Part shown: positions 27,237-35,626 of the stretch, piece by piece
Layout: each line of letters starts with the position of its first letter
Position numbering within the stretch: the stretch's first letter is position 1
Source: a virus
Taxonomy: Duplodnaviria; Caudoviricetes
Direction: 5' to 3' (one strand)
Virus record (IMG/VR): IMGVR_UViG_3300020045_001519
Coordinates: 1 to 36,670 of that record
Length of the DNA: 36,670 nt
Translations under genes and position numbers: made by a program
Notes under the pieces: model-generated
Database searches by the model: none
Seen by the model: the letters and a program-made list of their open reading frames with translations, nothing else
What the model was told of the DNA's origin: nothing

Positions 27237-30118
27237 TGGCAATAAGTATTGTAATGACGGGAACGGCTCGAAGCTGTACACTAACAAGCGGAAGTAACTC
27301 TATGGTTGTGTCAAGTGCCACAGGTTTAATCGTTGGTGCTACTATTCAAGGTACTGGAGTTCCTACTGGTTCTCGTATTGGTACTATTAGTGGAACTACT
27401 GTTACAATGGTAACCGCTGCTGGTTTAGCTTCAAATGCTACGGTAGGAGGTGCTCAAAACTTATTGTTTAGTTCTGTTTATGGTACGACTTTGACAGTTT
27501 CAATGTCGGGAGCAACTGATTACGCAACACCTCAAAATATATATGCTGCTGGTTTTGGAGTAATGTCGGACAACGTGGCAATTCGTGAGATATATTTTCC
27601 AGGAGGTTTAAAAATACTTTGGAGTAATATTGTTGCGGGTGCGGTTTTTGACTTTTTAAACTGGTCTTTAGAGTTTGGATTGGGTGGGTTGTGGCAATTT
27701 GAAGGAGCTACAATTTTAGGCGAATTGAGAGGCGGTTATTTAGTTAACGGAACTCAATTTATGAAAACTGCTGGACCAACTTTTTATTCTAACTATTGGA
27801 ATAATGGTGGTGCGGGAGGTTCTAATATGTGGACTGGAACGGCAACGGGTACAATGACAGGAAAATTCCGTATGCACAATCCAAGATTTATTGAGAGTGC
27901 TGGAAACAATACCTCTTTTTATTTTGCTGCGGGTCGTATGGAAATGATTGTCGAAAATATGATACTCGACCACCAAAATGATTTAGCGGGTGCAAATGCT
28001 TCAATTGGAGCGGCTTACGGTACATTAAAAAATACATTTATTGTAAAAGCGAATTCTGGTATTAGTTCAACAAATGGAACTAACTACGCTACATTTGACG
28101 GACTTTATTACGTTGGGAATTATCAAAGTACACCACAACACAAATTCGCACTACCTAATAACTTCACAATTGATGGATATGCTCCACAAGTAAACTCGAC
28201 TCAATTTGTTGGAGGGTTTTCTTCTAATACAACAGAAACATATTCAAATATTGACTTAAGTACTGCTGGATGGGGTTTATCTGATTTGATTACAAAGTAT
28301 CAAAGATATGGCGGTCCAAATACGTTAAATTTCCCTAGAACGGTATCTTTTGAGTTTAATGACTCAACTGCTGCTAATTTAACAGGAGTTACTTTATACA
28401 TAAAAAGCGGTTCGACTTCTTTAATAAATGCAGTACAAGCTGGTGACTATTCAGCAAACACGCAAGGAGTTGTTTTAACTTGGACTACTACAACAGGAAT
28501 TTATCGAGTTTGTGATAGTTCAGTAAATACAACCTCACAAGTTGCACAAGTTAGAAAATACGGGTATTTAGAACAAAGCGTTGCTTATAACATTAATTTG
28601 GCTAAATATTCTCAACCTTTCTTTATTTTGGCGGACGCCTCTTTAAGTGGAATTTCTGAAGCTACGGCAGCGGCAATTACAACAGAGGGAATAAACTGGA
28701 CTACTAAAACTATAACTCCAACAAGCGATTTAAATTACGACCAATTAAACGCTCGTATAGCTTACGAATTAGCTCAAACGGCAAATTCAGCACAAGCCGA
28801 TCCACGAACAATAAACGGTAATAAAATAAGTTTAGCAACAGGATGGACTTTGATAGTTAATAATGGCATAACTATTTCAGCGGGTACAAATATAACAGAA
28901 TGGTACACTCCAACTATTACACTCAACGGAACGGGTAAAATAACAGCGGTTTATCAAACAACAGCAGGAACTTCAACCGTATTGGAATTAAACACTCCAA
29001 GCGATGGTTATTCACTTTGTATATTCAAAGCTGATGGAACAACTAAATACTTTGCGAGTAATGTAACAACAGGAGCGTATTATGTTTACTTTGCACCAAG
29101 TGAAGCAGGTACTTATTATTTAGGTGCTGAAAACTACGGACAAAAACGTACAGCTGATACTTTGGTGTTAAGCGGTGGTAACGTTTGGTATAATATTACA
29201 GATCAAGAAGATGTAGGTATTACAGATACAAAAACAAATGTAGCAGCTTACACAACAACTTCGACAACGTCTCAAATTTATGATGCTACGGCTTATTTTA
29301 GATTAAGTGAAACAGGTATTAAGTTAGGACAACTTTGTACGCGTGACGGTCTTTATTTGGATTTTGGAACGTACAATGTAAAAATAAAAGACGATGCTTC
29401 AACTATTGTAGGCGTGGCGAGTGGAACAATTACTTACAAATCTATTGTAATTAACGAAACCACAAAATACACCGCAATGAAAGCAACACCTCCAGCGACT
29501 ATTACACCAACCGATACTGAAATCATAAATGTATTGATTGAAGATGCAAACGGGGATAGTAAATTGTCTATTCTTGGTGGCGATGACTTGGGGTATGAAC
29601 TATGGAAAATAACAACTGCAACAGCTACTGATGACTATGCGACTGGTACTTTATTAGATACACTAGCAACAAATACAGAAGTATTTAGATTTATTGGTAT
29701 TTCAGGATATGATATTGTTGGGCGAGATATTAGTTCAGGAGTAAGACGTAGAAGCTCGATGTTAAAAGGTAGTTATACACAAGCGTTTTATGTAGGTAAT
29801 CAAATCCAGCTTGCTACTGACGCACCACAATTACAAGAAAATAACGACAAATTAAGCGAGGTTATTTTGAAACTAGACACTAAATTAGACGTGGCAATTT
29901 CAACACGTTTGGCTGATGCTGATTATATCGAAGCACCAACAGAACAGGAAATATGGGAGTACACAACTAGAACTTTGACAAGTGCTGGCGAAAGCGGTGC
30001 AACGTTAGAAGAAATAGAAGCGAGTACTATATTAGCTAAAAAAGCAGACTTAACAATAATCAATAACGGGGTTAAAAAAGCATCGCTTATAATCCCACAT
30101 AAAACAGACTTAACTTAA
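27236..30118 (+). CDS. Large beta-rich virion protein (putative tail spike or receptor-binding protein)
   Basis: 960 aa, Thr/Gly-rich; C-terminal LDVAISTRLA...EIWEYTTRTLT; tail module position. Confidence 0.55.
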   Translation: MAISIVMTGTARSCTLTSGSNSMVVSSATGLIVGATIQGTGVPTGSRIGTISGTTVTMVTAAGLASNATVGGAQNLLFSSVYGTTLTVSMSGATDYATPQNIYAAGFGVMSDNVAIREIYFPGGLKILWSNIVAGAVFDFLNWSLEFGLGGLWQFEGATILGELRGGYLVNGTQFMKTAGPTFYSNYWNNGGAGGSNMWTGTATGTMTGKFRMHNPRFIESAGNNTSFYFAAGRMEMIVENMILDHQNDLAGANASIGAAYGTLKNTFIVKANSGISSTNGTNYATFDGLYYVGNYQSTPQHKFALPNNFTIDGYAPQVNSTQFVGGFSSNTTETYSNIDLSTAGWGLSDLITKYQRYGGPNTLNFPRTVSFEFNDSTAANLTGVTLYIKSGSTSLINAVQAGDYSANTQGVVLTWTTTTGIYRVCDSSVNTTSQVAQVRKYGYLEQSVAYNINLAKYSQPFFILADASLSGISEATAAAITTEGINWTTKTITPTSDLNYDQLNARIAYELAQTANSAQADPRTINGNKISLATGWTLIVNNGITISAGTNITEWYTPTITLNGTGKITAVYQTTAGTSTVLELNTPSDGYSLCIFKADGTTKYFASNVTTGAYYVYFAPSEAGTYYLGAENYGQKRTADTLVLSGGNVWYNITDQEDVGITDTKTNVAAYTTTSTTSQIYDATAYFRLSETGIKLGQLCTRDGLYLDFGTYNVKIKDDASTIVGVASGTITYKSIVINETTKYTAMKATPPATITPTDTEIINVLIEDANGDSKLSILGGDDLGYELWKITTATATDDYATGTLLDTLATNTEVFRFIGISGYDIVGRDISSGVRRRSSMLKGSYTQAFYVGNQIQLATDAPQLQENNDKLSEVILKLDTKLDVAISTRLADADYIEAPTEQEIWEYTTRTLTSAGESGATLEEIEASTILAKKADLTIINNGVKKASLIIPHKTDLT

Positions 30119-30130
30119 AACCCAAATCAA

Positions 30131-30415
30131 ATGCAAAGTTCATTATTTCGCCTTAATTGGCACGATTTATTAAAAGGATTAGTAATTGCTATTTTAACAC
30201 CTATATTGGTATTAATTCAGGCTTATTTTGCAACTGGTAAACTAGATATCGAATTGGATTCTATTTTAGCAGTTGGATTATCAGGATTGATTGCCTATTT
30301 GATTAAAAACTTCTTTACGGATAATGTAGAGTTGCCGAAAGTGAGTGCTAGTATTGGGGAAGATGAAGATAGTTTTGTAGGTGGCAGACCAAATGAAAGA
30401 GGCAGAAAAAAATAA
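30131..30415 (+). CDS. Two-TM membrane protein, holin candidate
   Basis: Two hydrophobic segments; start of the lysis cassette. Confidence 0.55.
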   Translation: MQSSLFRLNWHDLLKGLVIAILTPILVLIQAYFATGKLDIELDSILAVGLSGLIAYLIKNFFTDNVELPKVSASIGEDEDSFVGGRPNERGRKK

Positions 30416-30722
30416 AATATTATATTTCGCAATATTTGTAAGTTTAATAACTTATAATTTTTGGAAGCCGATATTAGAATATTTTGATTTTGAAATATTT
30501 TATATCGGCATTGCTTTAACTTGTTTTCTTTTAGCCTTATACATTCGACAAGTCACAAAAAAAAGTTTTCTTACATTCTTTCTTTTTTGTGTAACTTTGA
30601 ATAATTTATTGGATGAGTTACTTTTTGACCCTCAAAAAATAGGTTTAAACGAGTATTTAGCGACTGTAATTATTATTATAGTTTATTTTATTAAAGACAA
30701 AGATCCCAAATCCGATGCCTGA
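30393..30722 (+). CDS. Multi-TM membrane protein (lysis region)
   Basis: 3-4 hydrophobic segments; ATG 30393 preferred. Confidence 0.55.
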   Translation: MKEAEKNKILYFAIFVSLITYNFWKPILEYFDFEIFYIGIALTCFLLALYIRQVTKKSFLTFFLFCVTLNNLLDELLFDPQKIGLNEYLATVIIIIVYFIKDKDPKSDA

Positions 30723-31059
30723 CAGAATTCTTAACACCGATATATACCAATTTGTAACCAAAGTATTAATTCCAGCTTTTGTTGGTATTTCTTTAAAATT
30801 AGCCGTACAAATGAAAAGAACCAAACTATCATTTTTAAATGTATCGCTGTCCTTTGTAACAGGAATTTCAGCAGCTTGGATGTTTAACAGTTTAATTAAA
30901 TTGTACGTTCCAGGCGATTACCAAGCCGTTAGTATTGCAATTATTGCTATTTCTGGCGAAAAGATTGGAGAGTTTTTAGTTTATAAATTTAGAGTCGATG
31001 ACTTTTTAGGGGCTATTTTAGACGCTTTTAAGCAAGTTATTTTAAAAATGATAAAATGA
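30715..31059 (+). CDS. Holin candidate (about 3 TM)
   Basis: Hydrophobic segments; overlaps the endolysin start. Confidence 0.6.
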   Translation: MPDRILNTDIYQFVTKVLIPAFVGISLKLAVQMKRTKLSFLNVSLSFVTGISAAWMFNSLIKLYVPGDYQAVSIAIIAISGEKIGEFLVYKFRVDDFLGAILDAFKQVILKMIK

Positions 31060-31505
31060 AACCATCAAAAAACTGCATCAATATAATAAAAGAGTTCGAA
31101 GGGTTCTCAGACCGCCCATATTTATGCCCAGCTAAAAAGTGGACTATCGGATACGGTGCAACTTTTTACCCAAACGGGGTAATTGTAAAAGGTACAGACC
31201 CACAAATTACAAGGGACAAAGCAATTGAAATGCTAACTGCTATGGTTGGTAAATTTGCCGAGCAAGTTAGTAAATTGATAAAAGTTGAAATTAGCCAAAA
31301 CAAATTCGATGCTTTGGTTTCACTTGCTTATAATATAGGAATAGGCAATTTTAGAAATAGCACACTTTTAAGAAAACTAAACCTAAAAGAAAACAACGCT
31401 GTTCTATGTGGTGAAATCAACAAATGGAATAGAGCTAACGGTCATATAATGGCTGGACTTACAAGACGCAGAAAAGCAGAAGCGGAACTATTTAATAAAT
31501 TATAA
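31056..31505 (+). CDS. Endolysin, GH24 lysozyme
   Basis: IKEFEG...YLCPA..WTIGYG; QNKFDALVSLAYNIG; GLTRRRKAEAELF. Confidence 0.93.
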   Translation: MKPSKNCINIIKEFEGFSDRPYLCPAKKWTIGYGATFYPNGVIVKGTDPQITRDKAIEMLTAMVGKFAEQVSKLIKVEISQNKFDALVSLAYNIGIGNFRNSTLLRKLNLKENNAVLCGEINKWNRANGHIMAGLTRRRKAEAELFNKL

Positions 31506-31508
31506 CCA

Positions 31509-31988
31509 ATGAAAAAAATATTAATCGTTTTATTAATTGTTTTATCCAGTTGCGGTGCAAGAAAAGTCGCTATTGTAAAAAACGATACTAAAATTACAAT
31601 AGACTCAACCGCTATTGTAAAAACCGACAGTGTATCTACAATACAAAACAATATTGTTGTCGACACTCAAACGCAAGAAATTGAAGTAACTCCAATTGAT
31701 ACTTGCAAAGAGGTTGTTATAAATAACATACCTTATAAAAACGCTCGTATAACGATTAGAAATATAAAAGCTAAACAAATAGACACAAGCATTAAAAAAG
31801 TGGCTAAAACAAGCCAAAAAGAGGTTAAAAAGGCTATTGTAAAGAAAATCGAAGTAAAACAAAAAGAAATAGATCGAAAAGAAAGCTATTCTTATTTATG
31901 GGTTTTAGTTATTGCATTTGTTTTATGGTTACTTTGGAAATATAAATTTGAAATACTTTTTTACTTAAAGGAAAAGTTAGAGATATAA
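31509..31988 (+). CDS. Lipoprotein with C-terminal TM, unimolecular spanin candidate
   Basis: MKKILIVLLIVLSS-C lipobox; C-terminal YLWVLVIAFVLWLLW; directly after the endolysin. Confidence 0.65.
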   Translation: MKKILIVLLIVLSSCGARKVAIVKNDTKITIDSTAIVKTDSVSTIQNNIVVDTQTQEIEVTPIDTCKEVVINNIPYKNARITIRNIKAKQIDTSIKKVAKTSQKEVKKAIVKKIEVKQKEIDRKESYSYLWVLVIAFVLWLLWKYKFEILFYLKEKLEI

Positions 31989-32018
31989 AGTAACTTTCTT
32001 TGTTGGTTAGGGAAGTTC

Positions 32019-32049
32019 GCCCGTTACATTGATTTGTAACGGGTTTTTT
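32019..32049 (+). terminator. Intrinsic terminator ending the late operon
   Basis: GCCCGTTACA/TGTAACGGGT plus T-run. Confidence 0.85.
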
Positions 32050-32110
32050 ATTTAGAATGAATATAAATTACGAAAATATTTGCGTATATAAAAGTTATTA
32101 TATAATTTAG
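32050..32110 (+). promoter_or_regulatory. Fur-box-like palindrome plus early promoter (-33 TTTG 32079-32082; -7 variant TAATTTAG 32103-32110)
   Basis: ATTTAGAATGAATATAAAT; near-identical to 7028-7071, same 20-nt spacer. Confidence 0.6.
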
Positions 32111-32138
32111 CCTCGTTAAACAATAAAAAATAGAAACT

Positions 32139-32312
32139 ATGTTATACGTAAAAATCACAAAAGAAGAAGCTTTAAAATTAAAATCAAAAGAATATGGTTT
32201 AGCATCTGGAAAAAGAGATAAAGAAACAGGTAAAAGAGAAACTATCCATTTTTGTAGTCATCTTACATTTATAAAAAACTTTGACAGAGAAAAAGAATTT
32301 ATTGAAATATAA
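32139..32312 (+). CDS. Hypothetical protein (57 aa)
   Basis: Hand translation MLYVKITKEEALKLKSKEYG...; first ORF after the promoter. Confidence 0.55.
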   Translation: MLYVKITKEEALKLKSKEYGLASGKRDKETGKRETIHFCSHLTFIKNFDREKEFIEI

Positions 32313-32367
32313 AAATAAAACAGGGGTGCGACTGTAACGCACAATTAACCAATAAAAAATAAACAAA

Positions 32368-32655
32368 ATGAAAACATTTAAAGATTTAGATTTTAAAAAA
32401 CATTCAATGGCGGAATCAGGAATTGAAAGATACCAAAATTCAAAACAAGCTAAAAAAACATTTGATAATAATTACGGAGTATCTGTAATTTTTGGAGAAT
32501 GCTTTTATTCAAATGGGATAGATACTTATGAATTAGCAGTTTTATTTGATGGAGATATTACTTATAATACAGAAATTACAGATGATGTTTTAGGGCATTT
32601 ATCAGAAGATGAAGTTTCTGCAATAATGATTAAAGTTCAATCAATTAAAAAATAA
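32368..32655 (+). CDS. Hypothetical phage protein
   Basis: ORF track; FDNNYGVSV...YELAVL...DDVLGHL. Confidence 0.7.
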   Translation: MKTFKDLDFKKHSMAESGIERYQNSKQAKKTFDNNYGVSVIFGECFYSNGIDTYELAVLFDGDITYNTEITDDVLGHLSEDEVSAIMIKVQSIKK

Positions 32656-32660
32656 ACAAA

Positions 32661-32744
32661 ATGAAAACACTTATCAAATTTATCGATGTAGTATCAAACG
32701 TATTGTTTGGAGATAGTAAAAATGTAACTTCTAAAATGTTTTAA
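32661..32744 (+). CDS. 27-aa micro-peptide MKTLIKFIDVVSNVLFGDSKNVTSKMF
   Basis: Hand translation; paralogue of 7845-7934. Confidence 0.65.
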   Translation: MKTLIKFIDVVSNVLFGDSKNVTSKMF

Positions 32745-32746
32745 TT

Positions 32747-32839
32747 ATGAAAAACTTTCTAAGCAAAAAGAATCCACAAATTATTTTCGCTCAAATTGCA
32801 GCGTTGTATTTTTTAACTCAAATACTTTTTAGATTATGA
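32747..32839 (+). CDS. 30-aa single-TM peptide MKNFLSKKNPQIIFAQIAALYFLTQILFRL
   Basis: Hand translation; ATGA overlap with the next gene. Confidence 0.5.
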   Translation: MKNFLSKKNPQIIFAQIAALYFLTQILFRL

Positions 32840-33024
32840 AACCAGGGTATAAATTAGATATAAATATTCCAGATAGTAAATTCATAAAATATTTAGCTAT
32901 TTTTAATTATGAATCGTTAAATACTATTGCTCAGTTATGTTTAGTTGAAAATAGTAGTATTTTAAAATATAAAAAAGATAATGATTTCCTTGGAATTTGG
33001 AAACTTAAAAACTTAAAAAAATGA
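32836..33024 (+). CDS. Hypothetical protein
   Basis: ORF track; coupled overlaps. Confidence 0.55.
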   Translation: MKPGYKLDINIPDSKFIKYLAIFNYESLNTIAQLCLVENSSILKYKKDNDFLGIWKLKNLKK

Positions 33025-33284
33025 TAGACACTCACGACGAATGGAATCCATTTAATCCAATAAATCAAAAAGAGGTTGAGATGTATTCAGAAGAACAATT
33101 ACTCCAGGAGCAAATAGACACGCTAGAAACACGTTTAAACGAGGCTATACGATCAAACCTTTGGCTTATAGACCAACTTAAAACATTAGCAGCGTTATAT
33201 AGAATGGAAGCTACTTTCGGAGGATTAACAATTGACGAACAAAAACAAAGAATAGAAATTTTAAATAGATACGAAAATGAGTAA
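33021..33284 (+). CDS. Hypothetical coiled-coil protein
   Basis: ORF track. Confidence 0.6.
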   Translation: MIDTHDEWNPFNPINQKEVEMYSEEQLLQEQIDTLETRLNEAIRSNLWLIDQLKTLAALYRMEATFGGLTIDEQKQRIEILNRYENE

Positions 33285-33528
33285 TAAAGAAACACTTGAA
33301 GAAGTAGCTGAAAAACAATACAATTACGATTCTTATGAAGCTTTCATTAGAGGTGCTAAATGGCAACAAGAACAAGACAAGAATAATTATAGCGAGGAAG
33401 ATATGAAGCAATTTGCTTTAAAATGTGTAATAACTTATATTTTTAACAAAGGATTTGTTTCAGATAATATTAGAATACCTATTGAAAGAAACAACAATAA
33501 TCAGTTTGAACAATTTAAAAAGAAATAA
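33277..33528 (+). CDS. Hypothetical modular protein (KETLEE / WQQEQ / YSEEDM)
   Basis: Shares modules with 33532-34029. Confidence 0.65.
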   Translation: MSNKETLEEVAEKQYNYDSYEAFIRGAKWQQEQDKNNYSEEDMKQFALKCVITYIFNKGFVSDNIRIPIERNNNNQFEQFKKK

Positions 33529-33531
33529 GAT

Positions 33532-34029
33532 ATGAAAAAAATAACATTTAAAGATTTAGCAATTGCTTTTGCTACTAATCAAAAAGTAAATTACTACGAT
33601 GATGAAATAGAATTAAATCAAACTTGTAGAATATTCTCGCTAACAGAAGAAACTGTCTCAATAGTTAGTGAAGAATATCAATATGATGATTTATCTTTTG
33701 ATAAAATTATTAATATAATTCCAAGAACAACTCAACAAATCATTAACGAAGATTATGCAGGAGGTTTAGATATGGGACAAATACCTACTAATAAAGAAAC
33801 AATTGAAGAAGCAAAAAAATATCTTTCAAACAATGGATATGGAAAAGGAAGCAATTTCACATTAAATAATGTAGCTAATTTAATGATAGAATGGCAACAA
33901 GAACAATACAAAAATAAGTTTAGTGAGGAAGATATGATTGAGTTTGGTAAATTTTGTCATAGCGATGCACATTCTATAAATAGAGTTAAAACATTTAAAG
34001 AATTATTTGAACATTTTAAAAACAAATAA
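33532..34029 (+). CDS. Hypothetical modular protein (KETIEE / WQQEQ / FSEEDM)
   Basis: Shares modules with 33277-33528. Confidence 0.65.
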   Translation: MKKITFKDLAIAFATNQKVNYYDDEIELNQTCRIFSLTEETVSIVSEEYQYDDLSFDKIINIIPRTTQQIINEDYAGGLDMGQIPTNKETIEEAKKYLSNNGYGKGSNFTLNNVANLMIEWQQEQYKNKFSEEDMIEFGKFCHSDAHSINRVKTFKELFEHFKNK

Positions 34030-34032
34030 GAT

Positions 34033-34221
34033 ATGGAATTTATTACACATACAGAAGCGCAAAAAAACGAAGAAAGAAAATCTAACAATAAATTATTATC
34101 TAATTTTTATAATCAAAATAAAATTAAATATACTTTTGAAGATTTAGAATTAGTAAGGAAAAAGGCTCAATTAGGGCAGTCTTATGATGATTTCGAAAAA
34201 CAATTTAAAAAAGAACAATAA
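34033..34221 (+). CDS. Hypothetical protein
   Basis: ORF track; ends FEKQFKKEQ like its neighbours. Confidence 0.55.
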   Translation: MEFITHTEAQKNEERKSNNKLLSNFYNQNKIKYTFEDLELVRKKAQLGQSYDDFEKQFKKEQ

Positions 34222-34418
34222 TGACACAATTAGTAAACCCACCAATTAATACAATCCAAGAGGAACGTATTAGCCACGAAATTAAATTAGTTTTAGTAAA
34301 TGGTAGAGTAACGTTAAACGGTAAAACTTTTAACGAATTAAACCCTTTTGAAATAATTATTTTTAATACTCTTATAATCCAGGAACGTGAAAATATTAAT
34401 GAACTTTTAAATGATTAG
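34221..34418 (+). CDS. Hypothetical protein
   Basis: ORF track. Confidence 0.55.
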   Translation: MTQLVNPPINTIQEERISHEIKLVLVNGRVTLNGKTFNELNPFEIIIFNTLIIQERENINELLND

Positions 34419-34420
34419 TT

Positions 34421-34687
34421 ATGACACCAAAAGAAAAAGCAAAAGAGTTAGTTGAAAAGTTTATGAGTTATTCATATTTTTCAGATGGTAATAACTCTAT
34501 GAACAGACAATATCAGCAAGAAGATAATGCAAAACAATGTGCATTAATAGCAGTTGAAAACGAATACAACGCCAAGATACAAGCGTATAATGAAATGTCA
34601 GAATTTTGTCTTGATGTAGCAAGTCAAGCTGCAATTTATGCCGAAAAAGAAAAAGAAAAAGTTAAACAAGAAATCGAAAAGCTATGA
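34421..34687 (+). CDS. Hypothetical protein (MTPKEKAKEL...AKQCALIAV)
   Basis: ORF track. Confidence 0.65.
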   Translation: MTPKEKAKELVEKFMSYSYFSDGNNSMNRQYQQEDNAKQCALIAVENEYNAKIQAYNEMSEFCLDVASQAAIYAEKEKEKVKQEIEKL

Positions 34688-34911
34688 CAAGCGAACTATA
34701 TTCAATAGTGCAAATAGCTGAAATATCAAATCTAAGCTATTCCGCAATAAAGGAAAGGATAAAACGACTATCTATATTCCCAGACGCTGTAAAAGGAAAA
34801 GCAAGGCTTTTTAGCGAGGAAAAAACGCAGTGTATAATTTCACAAATAAAATATCATAAACCAACGTACTGGGCTATTTACGAATCAAAAATGAACTATG
34901 AAAACAACTAA
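34684..34911 (+). CDS. Putative HTH DNA-binding protein
   Basis: YSIVQIAEISNLSYSAIKERIKRL. Confidence 0.55.
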   Translation: MTSELYSIVQIAEISNLSYSAIKERIKRLSIFPDAVKGKARLFSEEKTQCIISQIKYHKPTYWAIYESKMNYENN

Positions 34912-35128
34912 AAAACAAACAGCAGTAGAATGGTTAATATCAGCAATATCATTCGATAATGATGGTAAAAAAGAATTTGTTTACAATGATAGCTATGACT
35001 TGTCTAAATTATTTAATAAAGCCAAAGAAATGGAAAAGCAACATATTATTGATGCTTATAGAAAAGGTTTTATTTCAGATGATATTAAATTAGCCTCAGA
35101 TTATTACAACGAAACATATGAAATTTAA
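34898..35128 (+). CDS. Hypothetical modular protein (KQTAVEWL...AKEMEK)
   Basis: Shares its N-terminal module with 5886-6287. Confidence 0.65.
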   Translation: MKTTKKQTAVEWLISAISFDNDGKKEFVYNDSYDLSKLFNKAKEMEKQHIIDAYRKGFISDDIKLASDYYNETYEI

Positions 35129-35252
35129 AGGACATATTCCACAACGCTTCGAAACAATTTTCGAGGAGGAGCAAAGACTAAAAGAGGAGGCTAAAAAGCT
35201 GGCTGAACTAAACAAAAACAAAAAAGTAATTAAATACGATTTGAAACGATGA
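35118..35252 (+). CDS. Hypothetical protein (44 aa)
   Basis: Hand translation MKFKGHIPQRFETIFEEEQRLKEEAKK... Confidence 0.5.
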   Translation: MKFKGHIPQRFETIFEEEQRLKEEAKKLAELNKNKKVIKYDLKR

Positions 35253-35416
35253 AAGATTTAATAAAAAAATGGTGGAATAGAGAATGGTCAAATTGGGAAT
35301 TAGACCACGAAAGTCAAAACTATTATACTCTTTCAAATAAAGAATATTACATAGTTTTAAAAAGGACATCTAACGATGGATTAATTCAATTTAAAAAAAT
35401 ATACAAAGCAAAATGA
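35249..35416 (+). CDS. Hypothetical protein (55 aa)
   Basis: Hand translation MKDLIKKWWNREWSNWELD...; ATGA overlaps on both sides. Confidence 0.55.
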   Translation: MKDLIKKWWNREWSNWELDHESQNYYTLSNKEYYIVLKRTSNDGLIQFKKIYKAK

Positions 35417-35616
35417 AAATCAAAATAAATAAAATTTGCAAAGATCACGAAATTACTCAATCCAATTTAGCTCGTGAGTTAAAAGTAAGCACTAGGACAA
35501 TCCAAAACTTACAATATGGTAAGTTTCAAGTCAAAGCCTTAACTTTAGTTAGATTAATGACTTTTACAGGTGAGAATATAGGAAGTTTTTTTGAGCAATA
35601 TGTTGAAAATGAATAA
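35413..35616 (+). CDS. XRE/Cro-like HTH regulator
   Basis: ITQSNLARELKVSTRTIQNLQYGK. Confidence 0.78.
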   Translation: MKIKINKICKDHEITQSNLARELKVSTRTIQNLQYGKFQVKALTLVRLMTFTGENIGSFFEQYVENE

Positions 35617-35626
35617 AAAATAAAAT

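Noticed and set aside
23791-30118. Diversity-generating retroelement or invertible tail-fibre system
   Set aside because: No reverse transcriptase or invertase gene, and no TR/VR pair or inverted repeats were noticed
540-33411. All minus-strand ORFs in the track (e.g. 540-911, 3044-3403, 13318-13764, 24045-24299)
   Set aside because: They are antisense shadows of well-supported + strand genes and have no recognisable motifs
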